From Blastocladiella emersonii ATCC 22665 (lineage: Eukaryota; Fungi; Blastocladiomycota): a stretch of 64,000 nucleotides of DNA. Of the stretch, positions 32,936 to 44,535 are shown piece by piece. Positions within the stretch are counted from its first letter, which is position 1; each line of letters begins with the position of its first letter. Below the pieces are notes generated by a model. The model was given only the letters and a program-made list of their open reading frames with translations, made no database searches and had not been told where the DNA came from. The stretch is from positions 868,001-932,000 of the forward strand of contig JANHCV010000010.1 of NCBI GenBank assembly GCA_025594325.1, given 5' to 3'. The position numbers and the translations under genes are program-made.

Positions 32936-35900
32936 TCACCCAGTGGCGCGAATCGCCTGCCGCTCAATCACCGAGTGCCGATTCTCGTCCTTGGACACGC
33001 GCCAGTAGAAATCGCAGAACTCGGACCGCCCGAGCAGCTGCATGAACTCCTCGTCGTGGGTGATGACGACGAGCTGGAAGTTGACCTGCTGGCGGCGCAG
33101 TTTCACGATGCGCGCGAGCGCCTCGGCGAGCGCCTCGACGTTATCATGGTCGAGGTTCGTCGTCGGCTCGTCCAGGGCGAGGATCCCGCAGTTGAGGCAG
33201 AAGGTCTCGGCGAGGGCGAGCCGGATGACGAGCGACGCGAGCACCTTTTGGCCGGCACTGCACCGCCCACGCATCTCGATCTCGGCGTCGCCCTTGAGCA
33301 TCACCACGCGGTACGCGTACTGGCGCATGCCGCGCGACTCCTTGTCGGCGCGGATCTCGATCGTGTCAATGTCGTTGCCCTGGTACGTGTTGACCCACAG
33401 CTCGCGGATCAGCTTGTTGATGGCGTCCATCTTGAGCGTGTGGTACTTCATGATGGCCGTGTCGAGCGCCTTGCCGTATTTCTCCAAATCGGCGACCGCC
33501 ATCTCGGACGTCTTGACCTGCACGCGCACCTCCTTGTACTCGGCGTCCGCGTTCGCGTACGGCCCCGCGAGCTCGGCGTCGATCCCGACGAGGTTGGCCT
33601 CGAGCTGCCCGCGCTCGCCCTCGAGCACGCTGGCCTCGCGCATCGCGTCCGTCTGCAGCCGCTTGAGCCGGTGCACCCGGTCCGTGTACTGGTGCTGCTC
33701 GAGCGCGGCGATCTCGCGCTGGAGCGCCGCCGCCTGCGCGTCCATCTTGCTGCGCTCGCGCTGCATCTCGCGGTACGCCAGGTTGTCGCTGATGTTGCGC
33801 TCGTGGTCGCGCACCTCGGCGACGGCGCGCTGCATCTCCTGCACCTGCTCGTCGAGCTCGCCGACGCCACGCGCCGCCTCGTCCACCTCGCCGTGCAGCT
33901 GCGCGACCTGCGCGTCGAGCCGCCCGAGCGCCGCCTGCGGGTCGCGGTCGTGCACGACACGGAGCTGCTCGGCCACCACAAAGAACTGCTCGGCGCGCGA
34001 CTTGAGCTCGTCCTGCGCGGCGGCGAGCTGCGCGAGGGCGGCCTCGTCCAGGGCCTTCCGCTGCGCGAGATCCGCCTGCGCGTCGCGCGCGCGGTCCGCG
34101 AGCTCGCGCACCTCGGCCTCGGCGTTGGCCTGGTCGGCCTCGTACCGGTCCTTGTCGACCTTGAGCTGCTCGAGCGCCGCGTGCGCCGCGTCGCGCTGCG
34201 CGAGCACGCCCTGCTTGTCGACGAGGTTCTGCTGCAGCCGCGACACGGTGCCCTGGTGCGTGGCGACCGCGCGGTGCAGCTCGCGCGCCTTCTCCTGCTC
34301 GGCGTGCAGCTCCTGCGTCGCGCGCTCGCGTTGCTCCTGCACGTCGCGCACGTCCGCCTGGATCGTCTCGACCGACTTGCCCGGCGCAAACGTCAGGTCC
34401 GACCGCAGCTGCTGCACGGCGCGGTCGAGGGTCTCGTACTCGCCGTGCACGCGGGCGAGGTCGCGCACCGAGACCGCGCACGCGTCGAGCCCCGCGATCT
34501 GCGCCTCGAGGTCGCGCAGCTCGCGCTGCGCCGCGTCGTGCGCCGCGGTCGCGGACTCGAGCTCGCGCTGCATGGGCGCGCGCGACAGGGCGGCGAGCTG
34601 CGCGCGGAGCTGCGCCACGGCGATGGCGTGCGGGCGGCCCTTCTGCAGGAACGCGAGCTGCGCGGCGGCCTCGTCGAGGCTGGCCTGTGCCGTGGCGGTC
34701 CGGGCCACCAAGTTGCTTGTGAGCCGGTCCTTGGCGCCGCGGACCGCGTCCTCGTCCTCGTCGGTCTCGACCGCCCGCAGGCACAGTGCGCAGCAGCCAT
34801 CCTGGAACGAGGCATCGATCATCTTGAGGACCACGAGGTCGACCGACTGGAGCATCTTGACGGCGCCCTGCAGCTCGTCGACCGTCGCGGTCGCGGTGCG
34901 GATCTCGGCGTCGAGATCGATCTCGACGCGCTGTGCGACGGCTTCGTTCTCGTCGACCTGCACCACGCGCGCGAGCTTGCGCACCTCGGTCTCGATCTCG
35001 CGCTGCAGCCGCGCGCGCTCCGCGTCCTGCACCCGCAGCTGCGTCTCGTAGTCGAGCCGCTTGCGGTTCTCGTCGGATACGCGCCGCGACAGCGTCTCGC
35101 GCTGCGCCTTCTTGCCGTTGAGCTGCGCCGCGATGCTGGCCTCGATGGCGACGGGCGAGTCGCTGCTGCCACTACTCGATGACGCGCCGCCCGCCGAGTA
35201 CCCGAGCGACATGAGCGGCGACGCGAGCCCACCCGCGCCGCCGCCGCCGTGCCCGCTCGCGGACATGGGCAGCGTGACGCCGTGCTCGGCAGCGACACGC
35301 GCGAGCGCGTTCCATGCGTCGCGCACGGCGTCGGACTTGGTGGCGAGATCAGCCTCGCGGGCCGTGAGCTTGGCGCGCTTGTTAGCGTCGGCGGTGACGG
35401 CGCCGAGCTCGTTGTTGAGCGCGTTGGCCTGGCGGTCGAGCCGCTCGATCTCGGACCGGATGCGCTCCTCGTCGCCGAGCCGGGCGTGCTGGTCGACGGC
35501 GGCGCGCGCCGCGTCGAGCTGCGACTTGGCCGCCTGCAGCTGTGTGTGGATGCTGGCCACGTCCACGTTTTCGCGCGACAGGCGCGTCAGTGTGGTGGTG
35601 AGCTCGTGGTATTTCGCGGACGCGGCGTGCAGGGCGGCCTGGGCGGCGGCGAGCTTGGACCGCTGCACGGCGAGCTTCGAGTCGGCGTCGCGGAACCGCG
35701 CCTGCAGGACGGCCTGCTCGGCGTCGGCCTCGTCGCGGCGCTGCTTGAGCTTGAGCTGCGCCGCGGCGAGCTCGGACCGCAGCGAGGTGGCGAACCGCTC
35801 GTCGGACGGGCGCGCGGCCGGGTCCATGTTAAGGTCCTTGACGAGGGCGTCGATGAGGGTGCGGCGCTGCGCGACGAGCCGCTCGAACTGGGCGAGCTCG

Positions 35901-37097
35901 GCGGCGACGGTGCCCTTTTCGGTGAGCTTGGCCTGGAGCTTGGCGCGGGCTTGGTTGCCCTTGGCGACGAGGGCCTCGCGCTTGGCGGTGAGGTGGTCCT
36001 GCGACTGCGACTGCTTGGCCATCTCGGCCTTGAAGGCGTCGAGCGAGGCCAGGAGCTCGTCGTCCGACTTGTCGGTGATGAGGGCCATCTTGCTCGACAT
36101 GGCGGCCATGTACACGTCCTGCTGCTCGCGCGCCTGGAGGAGCGACGACAGCTTGTTGTCGAGGGTCTGGCCGCGCGCCACGTGCTCGACGAGCCCCTGC
36201 AGCTGCTTGCTGATGTCGGTGATGCTCGTGTTGAGCTCGGCGATGCGGTTGGTGGCCTCGGCGATGCGATTGGCCGTGGCCTCGCGCGACTTGCGCAGCT
36301 CGAACGCGCGGCTCATGCGCTCGTTCTTGGACTGCAGCAGCACGCGCTCTGTCTTGAGCTCGGCCTCCTTTTCCTTTTTCACCGTGCGCAGGTTCTCGAG
36401 CGCCTTGGTGTAGCGCGTGCTGGCGAAGATGTCGTCGAACTTCTTTTTGAGGACGGCGGGCTCGGCGAGCGGCCTGGGGGTCGCAGCGGGCGTGTGTCAG
36501 TGGGTTGCTGCGGTGACCGGTGAGACCAGTGAGCGAGCGTACCAGTTGGACTCTTCCTGGTGCACGAAAATGACGCTCTCGAGGATGGCCTTGGACACGC
36601 CGAGGTTGTGGATCATCTCGGCGTCCATGTCGGAGCAGCGGGCGCTGATGGTAGCGCGCTCGCCCGTGACGGGGTCGCGGGCCTCGAGCACGCCCTCGAG
36701 GGTCTTGAAGGTGGCGGTCTTGGCGCGCTGGGTGACCTGCAGCGAGCGGGTGCTCACGAGCTGCTTGCCGTTGGTGTTGCGGAACTTGAGCTTGACCTGG
36801 GCCTTGACCTCGGACTCGTTGGCGAGCTTCGGGTCGTGGATGAAGGCGCCCTGCCGCGAGTTGGGCGGCATCTCGCCCGTCGTCGCGTATTTCAGGCATT
36901 CGACGATCTAAGACGAACGAACCGTGAGTGCCCATGCTGCACCTACTTCGCTTGATGGAAAAAAATCGCACGGTCGATTTCCCCGATCCGTTACTTCCAA
37001 CTATCAGTGTCAGCGGCGAGTAGAACTCGATGACTGACGAGGACTGCGGGTCAAACGACCGGATCCCGCGGATGAGGAGCTTCTCGATCGACGACAT
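32936..37097 (-). CDS. RAD50: DNA repair protein Rad50
   Basis: [17 protein letters not shown], Walker [10 protein letters not shown], zinc hook CALC, signature [10 protein letters not shown], Walker [12 protein letters not shown]. Introns 36908-36971 and 36474-36542. Confidence 0.97.
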
Positions 37098-37468
37098 GGC
37101 GGGCGTGGTGGTGGCTTAGACTGAGCGTGTTGTCCGTGTTGCAGGCAGTTGCATGAGCTTTCGTGTGATATTGACGGTGATCCCGGGAGCGCGAGGTAGC
37201 GAGGTGAGGTGAGCGAGTGCGACGCGTCGGCCGAAGCGCAGTCACCGCCGAGTGAGTCCTCTCAGCCTCGCGTGGCGGATCTGCAGTTTCGAGGCTTGTT
37301 GCGCCCATCACGTGTGCGCCCGCTCTGCCCCGCTTTCTCTTCGCCCTCCGTGAGCGGAAGCACGGACCACACCGCACGCTCCCACATTCGGCCCCCTCCT
37401 CGCTCTCGACCCGCGCCCGCTGCACTGCCCACCTCTGCCACGCACTGAATACCGCCACAAGAAACACC

Positions 37469-38311
37469 ATGGGAATCTCAACGGGCGCCGCCGCGCTGAT
37501 CGCCGCGGCCGCGCTGTGCGTGTGCATCCTGGGCACCGTCGGCCACTGGCTGCGCAGCAGCAAGAAGCGGCGCGAGCGGCTGCAGCGCGAGTACGACGCC
37601 AAGCACCACACCAACGGCGCGGGGCACGCCGATCCGTCGTCGGCCGCCGAGGCTGGGAGGGGAGGCCTGCCGCCTGTCCCGCCGCCCGTCGCTCCCGCCG
37701 CCGCCGCGCCTGCACCGCGCCGCACCTCCGCAGCGTCATCCATTGAGGCGACAGCAGCCATGGCGCCACCATCGCCCGGGACCCCCGTCGCCGACTCGGC
37801 GTGGAGCGCGAGCGCGAGCGCGGACGCGACGCCGCTGCGGCCCAACCACTCGTCGGTCCTGTCGCCCGAGCCGCGCCGCCCTGCCCAGCAGTCCGAGCAG
37901 TCGCCGCCCGCATCGCCCAGCTCGCCGTCCAACCAGGTGCGGCTCGCGAACGGCTTGGTCCTGAACGTGCCGCGCGCCCCGATCGTGGCGGTCCCGCGGT
38001 CGCCGCCGCCCGAGCAGCAGCCCGGGTTCCCTCACCACCAGCAGCAGCACCCGTCGTCGACCGTGTCCGTGGACGCGTCGCAGCCGCTCGTCGAGCAACA
38101 TCCCCCAGCGCCGCAGTGGCACCCGGAACCACCGCCGACACCTGCGCCAAATGGGGGCGCGACGCTGGCGGCGTTTGCCGTGGTGCGGCCCGTTGTAACG
38201 ATGCCGTCGATGCCCGCGCTCGACGAGGCCACGCTCGCGCGCCGCGTGTCGCCGCTCACGTCGCCGACGAGCACGCTGTCGCCGCAGCAGGCGGGACCCG
38301 CCAAATGGTGA
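37469..38311 (+). CDS. Unknown single-pass membrane protein with a Pro-rich cytoplasmic tail
   Basis: N-terminal hydrophobic helix (AAALIAAAALCVCILGTVGHWL), a basic patch (RSSKKRRER), then a disordered tail. Confidence 0.6.
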   Translation: MGISTGAAALIAAAALCVCILGTVGHWLRSSKKRRERLQREYDAKHHTNGAGHADPSSAAEAGRGGLPPVPPPVAPAAAAPAPRRTSAASSIEATAAMAPPSPGTPVADSAWSASASADATPLRPNHSSVLSPEPRRPAQQSEQSPPASPSSPSNQVRLANGLVLNVPRAPIVAVPRSPPPEQQPGFPHHQQQHPSSTVSVDASQPLVEQHPPAPQWHPEPPPTPAPNGGATLAAFAVVRPVVTMPSMPALDEATLARRVSPLTSPTSTLSPQQAGPAKW

Positions 38312-38411
38312 TACCGCGCCGAAGCCCAGTTTTGATTCTCCCCGTGTGTGATCCCCGAGCCCCAAAACCACAAAAAATATACTAGATTCCTCCTCCTCCT
38401 CCTCCTCCACC

Positions 38412-39925
38412 CTACAACTTGGCAGCGGGCAGGCCGGACCGGACATCGAGCCCGTCCTTGGTGACGACGAGCTTGCTGCGCGCAACGTCGGCGGGCTCGG
38501 GGGCGACCTTGGTCTCGGGGGCAAACTGCGGGCCGAGCGTGTCGCGGTTGGCGGGCTTGAAGAAGACGACGGTCACGGTGATATCGTCGCGGTACCGGCG
38601 CGAGAGGGGCGCGGGGATCTTGAGGAGCGACGCGACGAGTTCCGTGTCGCGCGCGCCGAACGCGTTGCGGACGACGTGCGCCGCGGCATTCGCGTCCTCG
38701 TGCGCCCACTGGCCCTTTTCCTTGCGGGCGACGTACTCGGCGACCATATCGACGACCTGGTCGTTGGTCATGCGCTCCCACAGGCCGTCGGTCGCGAGGA
38801 CCATGAAGTGGTCGGCGTCGTCGAGCGCGTACTCGGCCACCTCCGGGTGCGCCGTCACGTAGGGCGGCGTCAGGTAGTTGCGCGGCATGCGCTTGTACGG
38901 GTACTGCGACGACGCGAACACGCGGCCGATCCAGTCCTGCGTCGCGTGCGGCCACTTGTACCGCGCGTCGCCCATCGAGCGGAACGGCTGCAGCCCGCCG
39001 AGGACTCGGCCGCGCGCCACGACCGTCGACTCCTCGCCCGGGTGCTCGGCGCGCATGCGGGCCAGCTCGCCCGGGTTCTCGGCGTCGTGGTCGCGCGTCA
39101 GCTCGACGGCGGTCCACGCGCCCGTCCGGGCGTCGCGCCGCCCGATCACCGCGCGGCAGTCGCCCGCGTGCGCCACGTACACCTTGTCGCCGTCGACGAC
39201 CGACGACACCATGACGCTGCCGGCCATGGCGGGCATGAGCATCGCCTGCGCCATTTCCAGGGACACGCCGTCGCCGAGCGCCTTGATCTTGTCGGGGATC
39301 GCCATGAGGTCCGCGTCGTACTCGTCAAACGCCTTGGTCAGCGCGTCGAGCGGGCGGTCCGGGTCGGTGACGAGGTGGCGCGCGACGTAGTTGTGGAAGA
39401 CCTTCGACAACAGGTCCGAGCACTGCCACCCGGCGTGGCCGTCGTACACGCCCAGCACAAGCTTGTCGTCGCCGAGGCGCGCCACGACGTGGCGGTCCTC
39501 GACGGGGTCGTTGGACGCCACGTACGTCGAGTGCGCCTCCGAGACGCGCGCGCCGACGCCCGACCACACGCGCGCGTGCGCGTTCACCGTCGTGTGCACG
39601 AACCGCTCCGCCTCGGACATCTCGGCGACGGGTTTGCCCAGGAGTGACTTTTCCGGGATCGCCCCCGTGTACGTCTCGTACGCCATGGCGGCGCCCGCGG
39701 TAATGGCGCTACGCGACGAGGGATCAGGTTTGGGTACGGGAAGGCACGAGAGGGTGGTAGGGCGTACCCGGCGAGCAGCACCTTGCCGACACGCGCAACG
39801 TTGATGGCGGCCGAGGCGGCGGCGCCCGCGACGTAGGTGCGGCGCGGGATCGGGGTCGCGGCGGCGGAGGCGGCGCGGACGGCGGCGGAGCGCAGAGTGC
39901 CCGCGCGGGCAAGGAGGTGATTCAT
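38412..39925 (-). CDS. PTC5: Mitochondrial PP2C / pyruvate dehydrogenase phosphatase (Ptc5-like)
   Basis: Arg/Ala-rich presequence; intron 39709-39767. Motifs SNDPVEDR, GVYDGHAG, VAHAGDCRAVIG, GGLQPFRSMGD, LATDGLW and YRDDITVTVV. Confidence 0.9.
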
Positions 39926-40207
39926 TGCAGTGGGCGGTGTGAGTTGCGCGATCGCTCTACTGGGAACGTTTGCGAGAGGGTCGGGCAGGGAAGAAGAAGA
40001 AGAAGGAGCGACGCGGCGGTCAACTGAGCGAGCGCGCCACTCACGCGGGCCCCACGCGACCGCATTCACCCTCCCCCGAGTGAGTCCAGCCGCGCGCGCA
40101 GCAGGAGGGCGCACTCGTCCTCTCCGCGCCGCTCCCATCATCGCCCCGCCGCGCCTTTTGAAGCGGGTCGCCCCGCACGCACCGTAACCTCCCGCAACAC
40201 CCCCCTC

Positions 40208-42400
40208 ATGCTGCTCACCGACGTGATCCTCAACCAGCGCGGCCCGCTCGCCAAGGTGTGGCTGGCCGCGCACTACGAGCGCAAGCTGTCCAAGCGCGAC
40301 ATTGTGGCCGCGAGCATCCGGCGGTCGGTCGCCGCCATCCTGCAGGACGCGGCAGACCCCGCGGCGCTGCGCCTGTCGGGCCAGCTGCTCGTCGGCGTCG
40401 TGCGCATCTACTCGCGCAAGGCAAAGTACCTGCTCGACGAGTGCAACGAGGCCAAGATCTCGATCCAGCTCTCGTTCAAGCCCGGCAGCGTCAACGTCGA
40501 CCTGCCGACCGCCGCCGGCGCGGGCGCGGCTGCGGGTGCGACGGGCGCCGCGGCGGGCACCACGCGCCAGGCCATCACGCTCAACGACGCGCTCGCCGAG
40601 TTCGACCTCCTGCTCATGCAGCCCGACATCACGGCCGCCAGCGGCACGGGCGGCGAGTGGACCGACGCGCTGCCGCCGAGCCCGATGCAGTCGCAGGGCG
40701 CCCGCGACAACTACATGCTGACCGACGCCTACACCTTCACGGGCACCCCGACCCGCAAGCGCACCACGACGTTCGGCGAGGACGAGGGCGACGCGGCCGG
40801 CCTCGACCTCGGCGGCCTCGACTTCAACCTCGGCCTGCCCGACATTGACCCCAACAGCATGATGGTGATGCCCGACGATGATGATGCTCCTCCTGTGCCC
40901 GGGTCCGCCACTATCGAGCGGCCGCGCGACGCCGCGGGCAACTTCATCACGCCCGCCAGCGGCGAGGGCGCCGACGCCGCCGCCAAGGACGGCGCGTTCG
41001 ACGGTACCACGCCGACGCGCGACCTCGGTGCGAGTGGGGCCGGCGAGGGCGCACCGTACGCCGACGATTTCGGGAACATGGACCTCGGCGGGCTCGATCT
41101 CGGCCTCGATCTCGGGCCCGTGCCGGGCTTCGACGACGATCCCGGGTTCATCCAGCCGCCGACCCCCGACGCCGGCGGGGCCGCGGGTGATGCCGACGCT
41201 GATCCCGAGGCCGCCGCCGCTGCCGCTGCTGCCGCTGCTGCGGGTGGCGCGCCCGCCGACACGACGACGGCGCCCGCGAGATCGCTCTTGCACGACGACG
41301 ACGACGCGATCCTGAACGCGCAGGCCGAGGACCTCGACGCCGATCTGGCCGCGACGCAGCCGGCCGCGAAGCGCACGAGCCGGAAGCGCAAGTTCCCGAT
41401 GCTCGACAAGAAGACCAACTTCACGCTCGAGGAGATGAAGCGGTGGCCCGCCGAGCGCAAGGCCGAGCTGCGCCCGCCCCGCTACGTGCCCGGGTCGTAC
41501 GCGGCCGCCCGCCTCGCCGCCTTCTACGCGCTGACCGCCGAGGAGGCCCTCGAGGCCCCGCTCATCGACGGCATGTCCGACCGCGTCCTCGCCCTCTACT
41601 ACCGCGCCACCAAGCGCGCACGCCTCATGCGCGAGGAGGCCGCCAAGAACCCGCCGCCGCCGCTCCCCGACCTCGAGGGCGACGTCGAGATGGGCGAGGC
41701 CGCTGAGACGCAGACCGCGCCGCTCGACGAGATGCCGCCGCAGGACCCGTTCGCCGCCGCCGACGCCGCCGCGGGTGCCGGCGAGGCGCCGTTCCCCGAG
41801 TACCACGGCGACCAGGGCGACTTCGCCGCGCCTGACGCCGGCGCCGCCTTCGACCCGGCCGCTGACGGTATGGGCATGTTCCCCGAGGTCAACGACGACT
41901 TTGCGTTCCCCGACCGCTCCCAGGACGCGGCGGCGGCCGCCGCTGCCGCCGCCGCCGCGGCCGCGGGCGAGCTCGACGAGACCCCGCAGTCGGAGCACGC
42001 CAAGCGCGCGGCCTTCGCGCTCGAGCCCGTCGACGACGAGGCCGAGGCCGCGCGCGAGCACGAGGACGACGAGGACGAGGTGCCCGCCGGCGGCCACGGG
42101 TTCAGCAAGTCGTCGGTCCGCTCGATCCGCGAGTTCACCGAGAAGTTCAGCGCGCTCGACGCGAGCGCCGGCGACGCGGGCGAGGCCGAAGGCGAGGCGG
42201 GCGAGACCCCCGAGGCCGAGAAGCCCAAGACGCTCACGTCCGCCGACCTGCTCACGGGCAAGTCGCGGCGCGAAGCCGCGCGCACCTTCTACGAGCTCCT
42301 CCTCCTCTCGACGCGCAACCTCGTCAAGGTCAAGCAGGACACGCCGTACGGCGAGATCAAGGTCACAGCTAAGCCCGCGCTGTTCGACGTGGACGTGTGA
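40208..42400 (+). CDS. RAD21: Cohesin kleisin subunit Rad21/Scc1
   Basis: N-terminal GPLAKVWLAAH...LRLSGQLLVGVVRIYSRKAKYLL and C-terminal SRREAARTFYELLLL...KQDTPYGEI, with an acidic disordered middle. A Rec8 identity is not excluded. Confidence 0.92.
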   Translation: MLLTDVILNQRGPLAKVWLAAHYERKLSKRDIVAASIRRSVAAILQDAADPAALRLSGQLLVGVVRIYSRKAKYLLDECNEAKISIQLSFKPGSVNVDLPTAAGAGAAAGATGAAAGTTRQAITLNDALAEFDLLLMQPDITAASGTGGEWTDALPPSPMQSQGARDNYMLTDAYTFTGTPTRKRTTTFGEDEGDAAGLDLGGLDFNLGLPDIDPNSMMVMPDDDDAPPVPGSATIERPRDAAGNFITPASGEGADAAAKDGAFDGTTPTRDLGASGAGEGAPYADDFGNMDLGGLDLGLDLGPVPGFDDDPGFIQPPTPDAGGAAGDADADPEAAAAAAAAAAAGGAPADTTTAPARSLLHDDDDAILNAQAEDLDADLAATQPAAKRTSRKRKFPMLDKKTNFTLEEMKRWPAERKAELRPPRYVPGSYAAARLAAFYALTAEEALEAPLIDGMSDRVLALYYRATKRARLMREEAAKNPPPPLPDLEGDVEMGEAAETQTAPLDEMPPQDPFAAADAAAGAGEAPFPEYHGDQGDFAAPDAGAAFDPAADGMGMFPEVNDDFAFPDRSQDAAAAAAAAAAAAAGELDETPQSEHAKRAAFALEPVDDEAEAAREHEDDEDEVPAGGHGFSKSSVRSIREFTEKFSALDASAGDAGEAEGEAGETPEAEKPKTLTSADLLTGKSRREAARTFYELLLLSTRNLVKVKQDTPYGEIKVTAKPALFDVDV

Positions 42401-42834
42401 GCGCGGTGGGAGGGGTGAGCGAGACCTGCTGGACGCGATACCACGCGCGCGGGTCGGAATGGAGAGGGTCGTGGGTGGAGGAGAGGTGGAGGAGTAAATA
42501 CATTGATTTATCATCGGCCACGCAGACTTGGGTTCCTCGCGAGTGGTCGAGTGAAGGAAGAGGCCAGCGGCGAGACGAGACGCGCCACTTGCGCACCGCG
42601 TCCGGGGCGGGTCGATCATTTCGGCGATCGCACGCACGTACGAGGAGCGAGAATGGTAGATTGCATTATTCGGGTCCGAAGAATAGTATTTCTCGCTGTT
42701 GAGGGGGCTCGCGGGAGTGGAGGGAGAGGAGACGCGTTGCGCCACTCACGCGTCGGACGATCACTCTGACGATCACACACTCCGGATTAAAAACAAAAAG
42801 ACAACTATGCATTACTCGGTACAAAGACAACCAC

Positions 42835-44535
42835 TTAGGCCTTGCACACGCCCTTGGGGTTCTTGATCGCGCGCTGGAACGCGGGCATCGAGACGAGCGA
42901 GCCCGTGTTGGCCGAGTGCGGCGAGCCGGCAAAGCACCCCCCGTTCGTGTGGATACCCACAGCGAGGTCGCCGATCGCGATAGCACTGCCACTATTGCCG
43001 CCCTCAGTGGAAGTGCGGTGGTCAATGTGGAAGCGGTCCGAGAACGCCGTGACCTTGCCGCTCGCCTGCTGCTGAACCTGCGACATGTGCTTGCGCGCCT
43101 GCGCCGAGACCACGCCGAACCCGTAGATCTTGACCGTGTCGCCGACCTTGACCTGGTTCGCGACGAGGTCGCCCGTCGCGGGGTCCACCGTTGCCAGGCG
43201 GTACGCCTTGTTGCCGATGGTCTCGCGGTGCGTCAGGCCCGTGTTCGGGTTCGGGAAGGTGCCGAAATACGCCCAGTCCTCGGCGTCGTCGCCGAGACTC
43301 AGCGACGTCAGGTTGAACTGGACCGACTTGACGTCAACGGCGAACTGGTACTTGGGGTGCGGGTGGCGCACGATGGCCGTCTTCTGGCCCGCCGACGTGA
43401 TCACCGCCGACTGCGGCACGTTCATCTGGATGATCTGGTCGTCGAGGTCGGTCCCGTCGAAGCAGTGGCCCGCCGTGACGTGGCACCCGGCCTTGTCCGT
43501 GATGGTCCACGCAGTGCAACCGACGGGATGGATGCGAACGCTCCGCACGTCGGCCGAGGCGCGGCGATCGTCGTTGGCCGTGCACAGCGACGCGGGCGGC
43601 GGCAGCTGCGCCTTGTTGGACCCGTAGCCCGACTGCGTGTTGGTCTCGATCTGCGTCACGACAATCGACGGCTTCTCGTCGGGGTCCGTGTTCGGGTCGG
43701 CGAGCAGCTCGACCTTGACCTTGCCGCCGTTGAAGACCGCCGACCGGAAGTTCCACTGCTCGATCGACTCGAAGTTGAGGTACTGCACGCCGCCGTCGGC
43801 GAGCGACGTGATGCGCAGGATGTCGCCGGGCAGGTCCTCGCCGAAGCCGGGGAAGTCGACGCGGATAAAGTTCTCGCGCAGCTTGGTCTTGGACCGGTCA
43901 AAGTGCAGGCGCGACCAGAAGATGTTTTTGGCGCCCGGCTGGACCTGGGCAATGTCGATGGTCTGCTCGAAGACGACGACGTGCCCGTTGCGCGTCACGG
44001 GCGTCGGCGCGGGCTTCGGCGTGCCCGACGGCGGCGCGGGAGCCGTCGCGGTCGCCGTGGCCGTCGAGGTGCGCTTGGGCGGGCGCGGCTGCCCGGGGAA
44101 CACGATCGCGCCATCATCACCGTCGTCGGGGAACACGATGCGGCCGCCGCCGTTGGTCGGCGTAGCCGTCGGCGCCGCCGAGAGCGTCGCACGGGTAGTG
44201 CGCTTGGGCGGGCGCGGCTGGCCGGGGAACACGATCGCGCCATCATCGTCGTCGTTCGGGAACACGATACGGCCGTTACCGCCGTTGGTGGCCTTGGGCG
44301 CGGCCGAGCTGGTGCGCGTGCGCTGGCGGCGCGGACCCGTCGGGCGGCGCCAGCCGCGGAAGTTGCACTCGATGTCGGTCTTGCCGAACGACACCTGCAC
44401 GAACTCGCGCGCATCGGGCACCAGGAGCGGCGTGCCGGGCTTGCCGGCGGTCGGCGCGGCCGAGGTCGAGGTCGCGGTCAGGCTCACGAGGGCCATGGCC
44501 GCGGCGGCGAGGAAGGTGGCGGAGATCTTGGCCAT
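42835..44535 (-). CDS. Secreted bacterial-type trypsin-like (S1) serine protease
   Basis: Signal peptide; intronless. Catalytic TAGHC, DWAYF and EGGNSGS; SLC...DDR...R.HPVGCTAW start of the catalytic domain. Confidence 0.85.
   Translation of the reverse strand: MAKISATFLAAAAMALVSLTATSTSAAPTAGKPGTPLLVPDAREFVQVSFGKTDIECNFRGWRRPTGPRRQRTRTSSAAPKATNGGNGRIVFPNDDDDGAIVFPGQPRPPKRTTRATLSAAPTATPTNGGGRIVFPDDGDDGAIVFPGQPRPPKRTSTATATATAPAPPSGTPKPAPTPVTRNGHVVVFEQTIDIAQVQPGAKNIFWSRLHFDRSKTKLRENFIRVDFPGFGEDLPGDILRITSLADGGVQYLNFESIEQWNFRSAVFNGGKVKVELLADPNTDPDEKPSIVVTQIETNTQSGYGSNKAQLPPPASLCTANDDRRASADVRSVRIHPVGCTAWTITDKAGCHVTAGHCFDGTDLDDQIIQMNVPQSAVITSAGQKTAIVRHPHPKYQFAVDVKSVQFNLTSLSLGDDAEDWAYFGTFPNPNTGLTHRETIGNKAYRLATVDPATGDLVANQVKVGDTVKIYGFGVVSAQARKHMSQVQQQASGKVTAFSDRFHIDHRTSTEGGNSGSAIAIGDLAVGIHTNGGCFAGSPHSANTGSLVSMPAFQRAIKNPKGVCKA
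44069..44290. repeat. Two about 90-bp direct repeats, 129 bp apart, in the protease pro-region
   Basis: Encode (TNGG.GRIVFP.D.DDGAIVFPGQPRPPKRT)x2. Confidence 0.9.

Noticed and set aside
37097-37469. ACGCGT (MCB-like) site upstream of RAD50
   Set aside because: The hexamer is common throughout this CpG-rich window, so a single copy carries no weight.
19572-42400. DNA-repair gene cluster (FANCE-like, RAD50, RAD21)
   Set aside because: Spread over more than 20 kb with unrelated genes between them; compatible with chance.
39584-42745. 1053-aa minus-strand ORF, and similar long ORFs such as 32975-35182, 372-2360, 4052-5644 and 42916-44619
   Set aside because: Antisense or alternate-frame shadows of real GC3-rich genes (RAD21, RAD50 and others); Arg/Gly/Ala-rich with no motifs.
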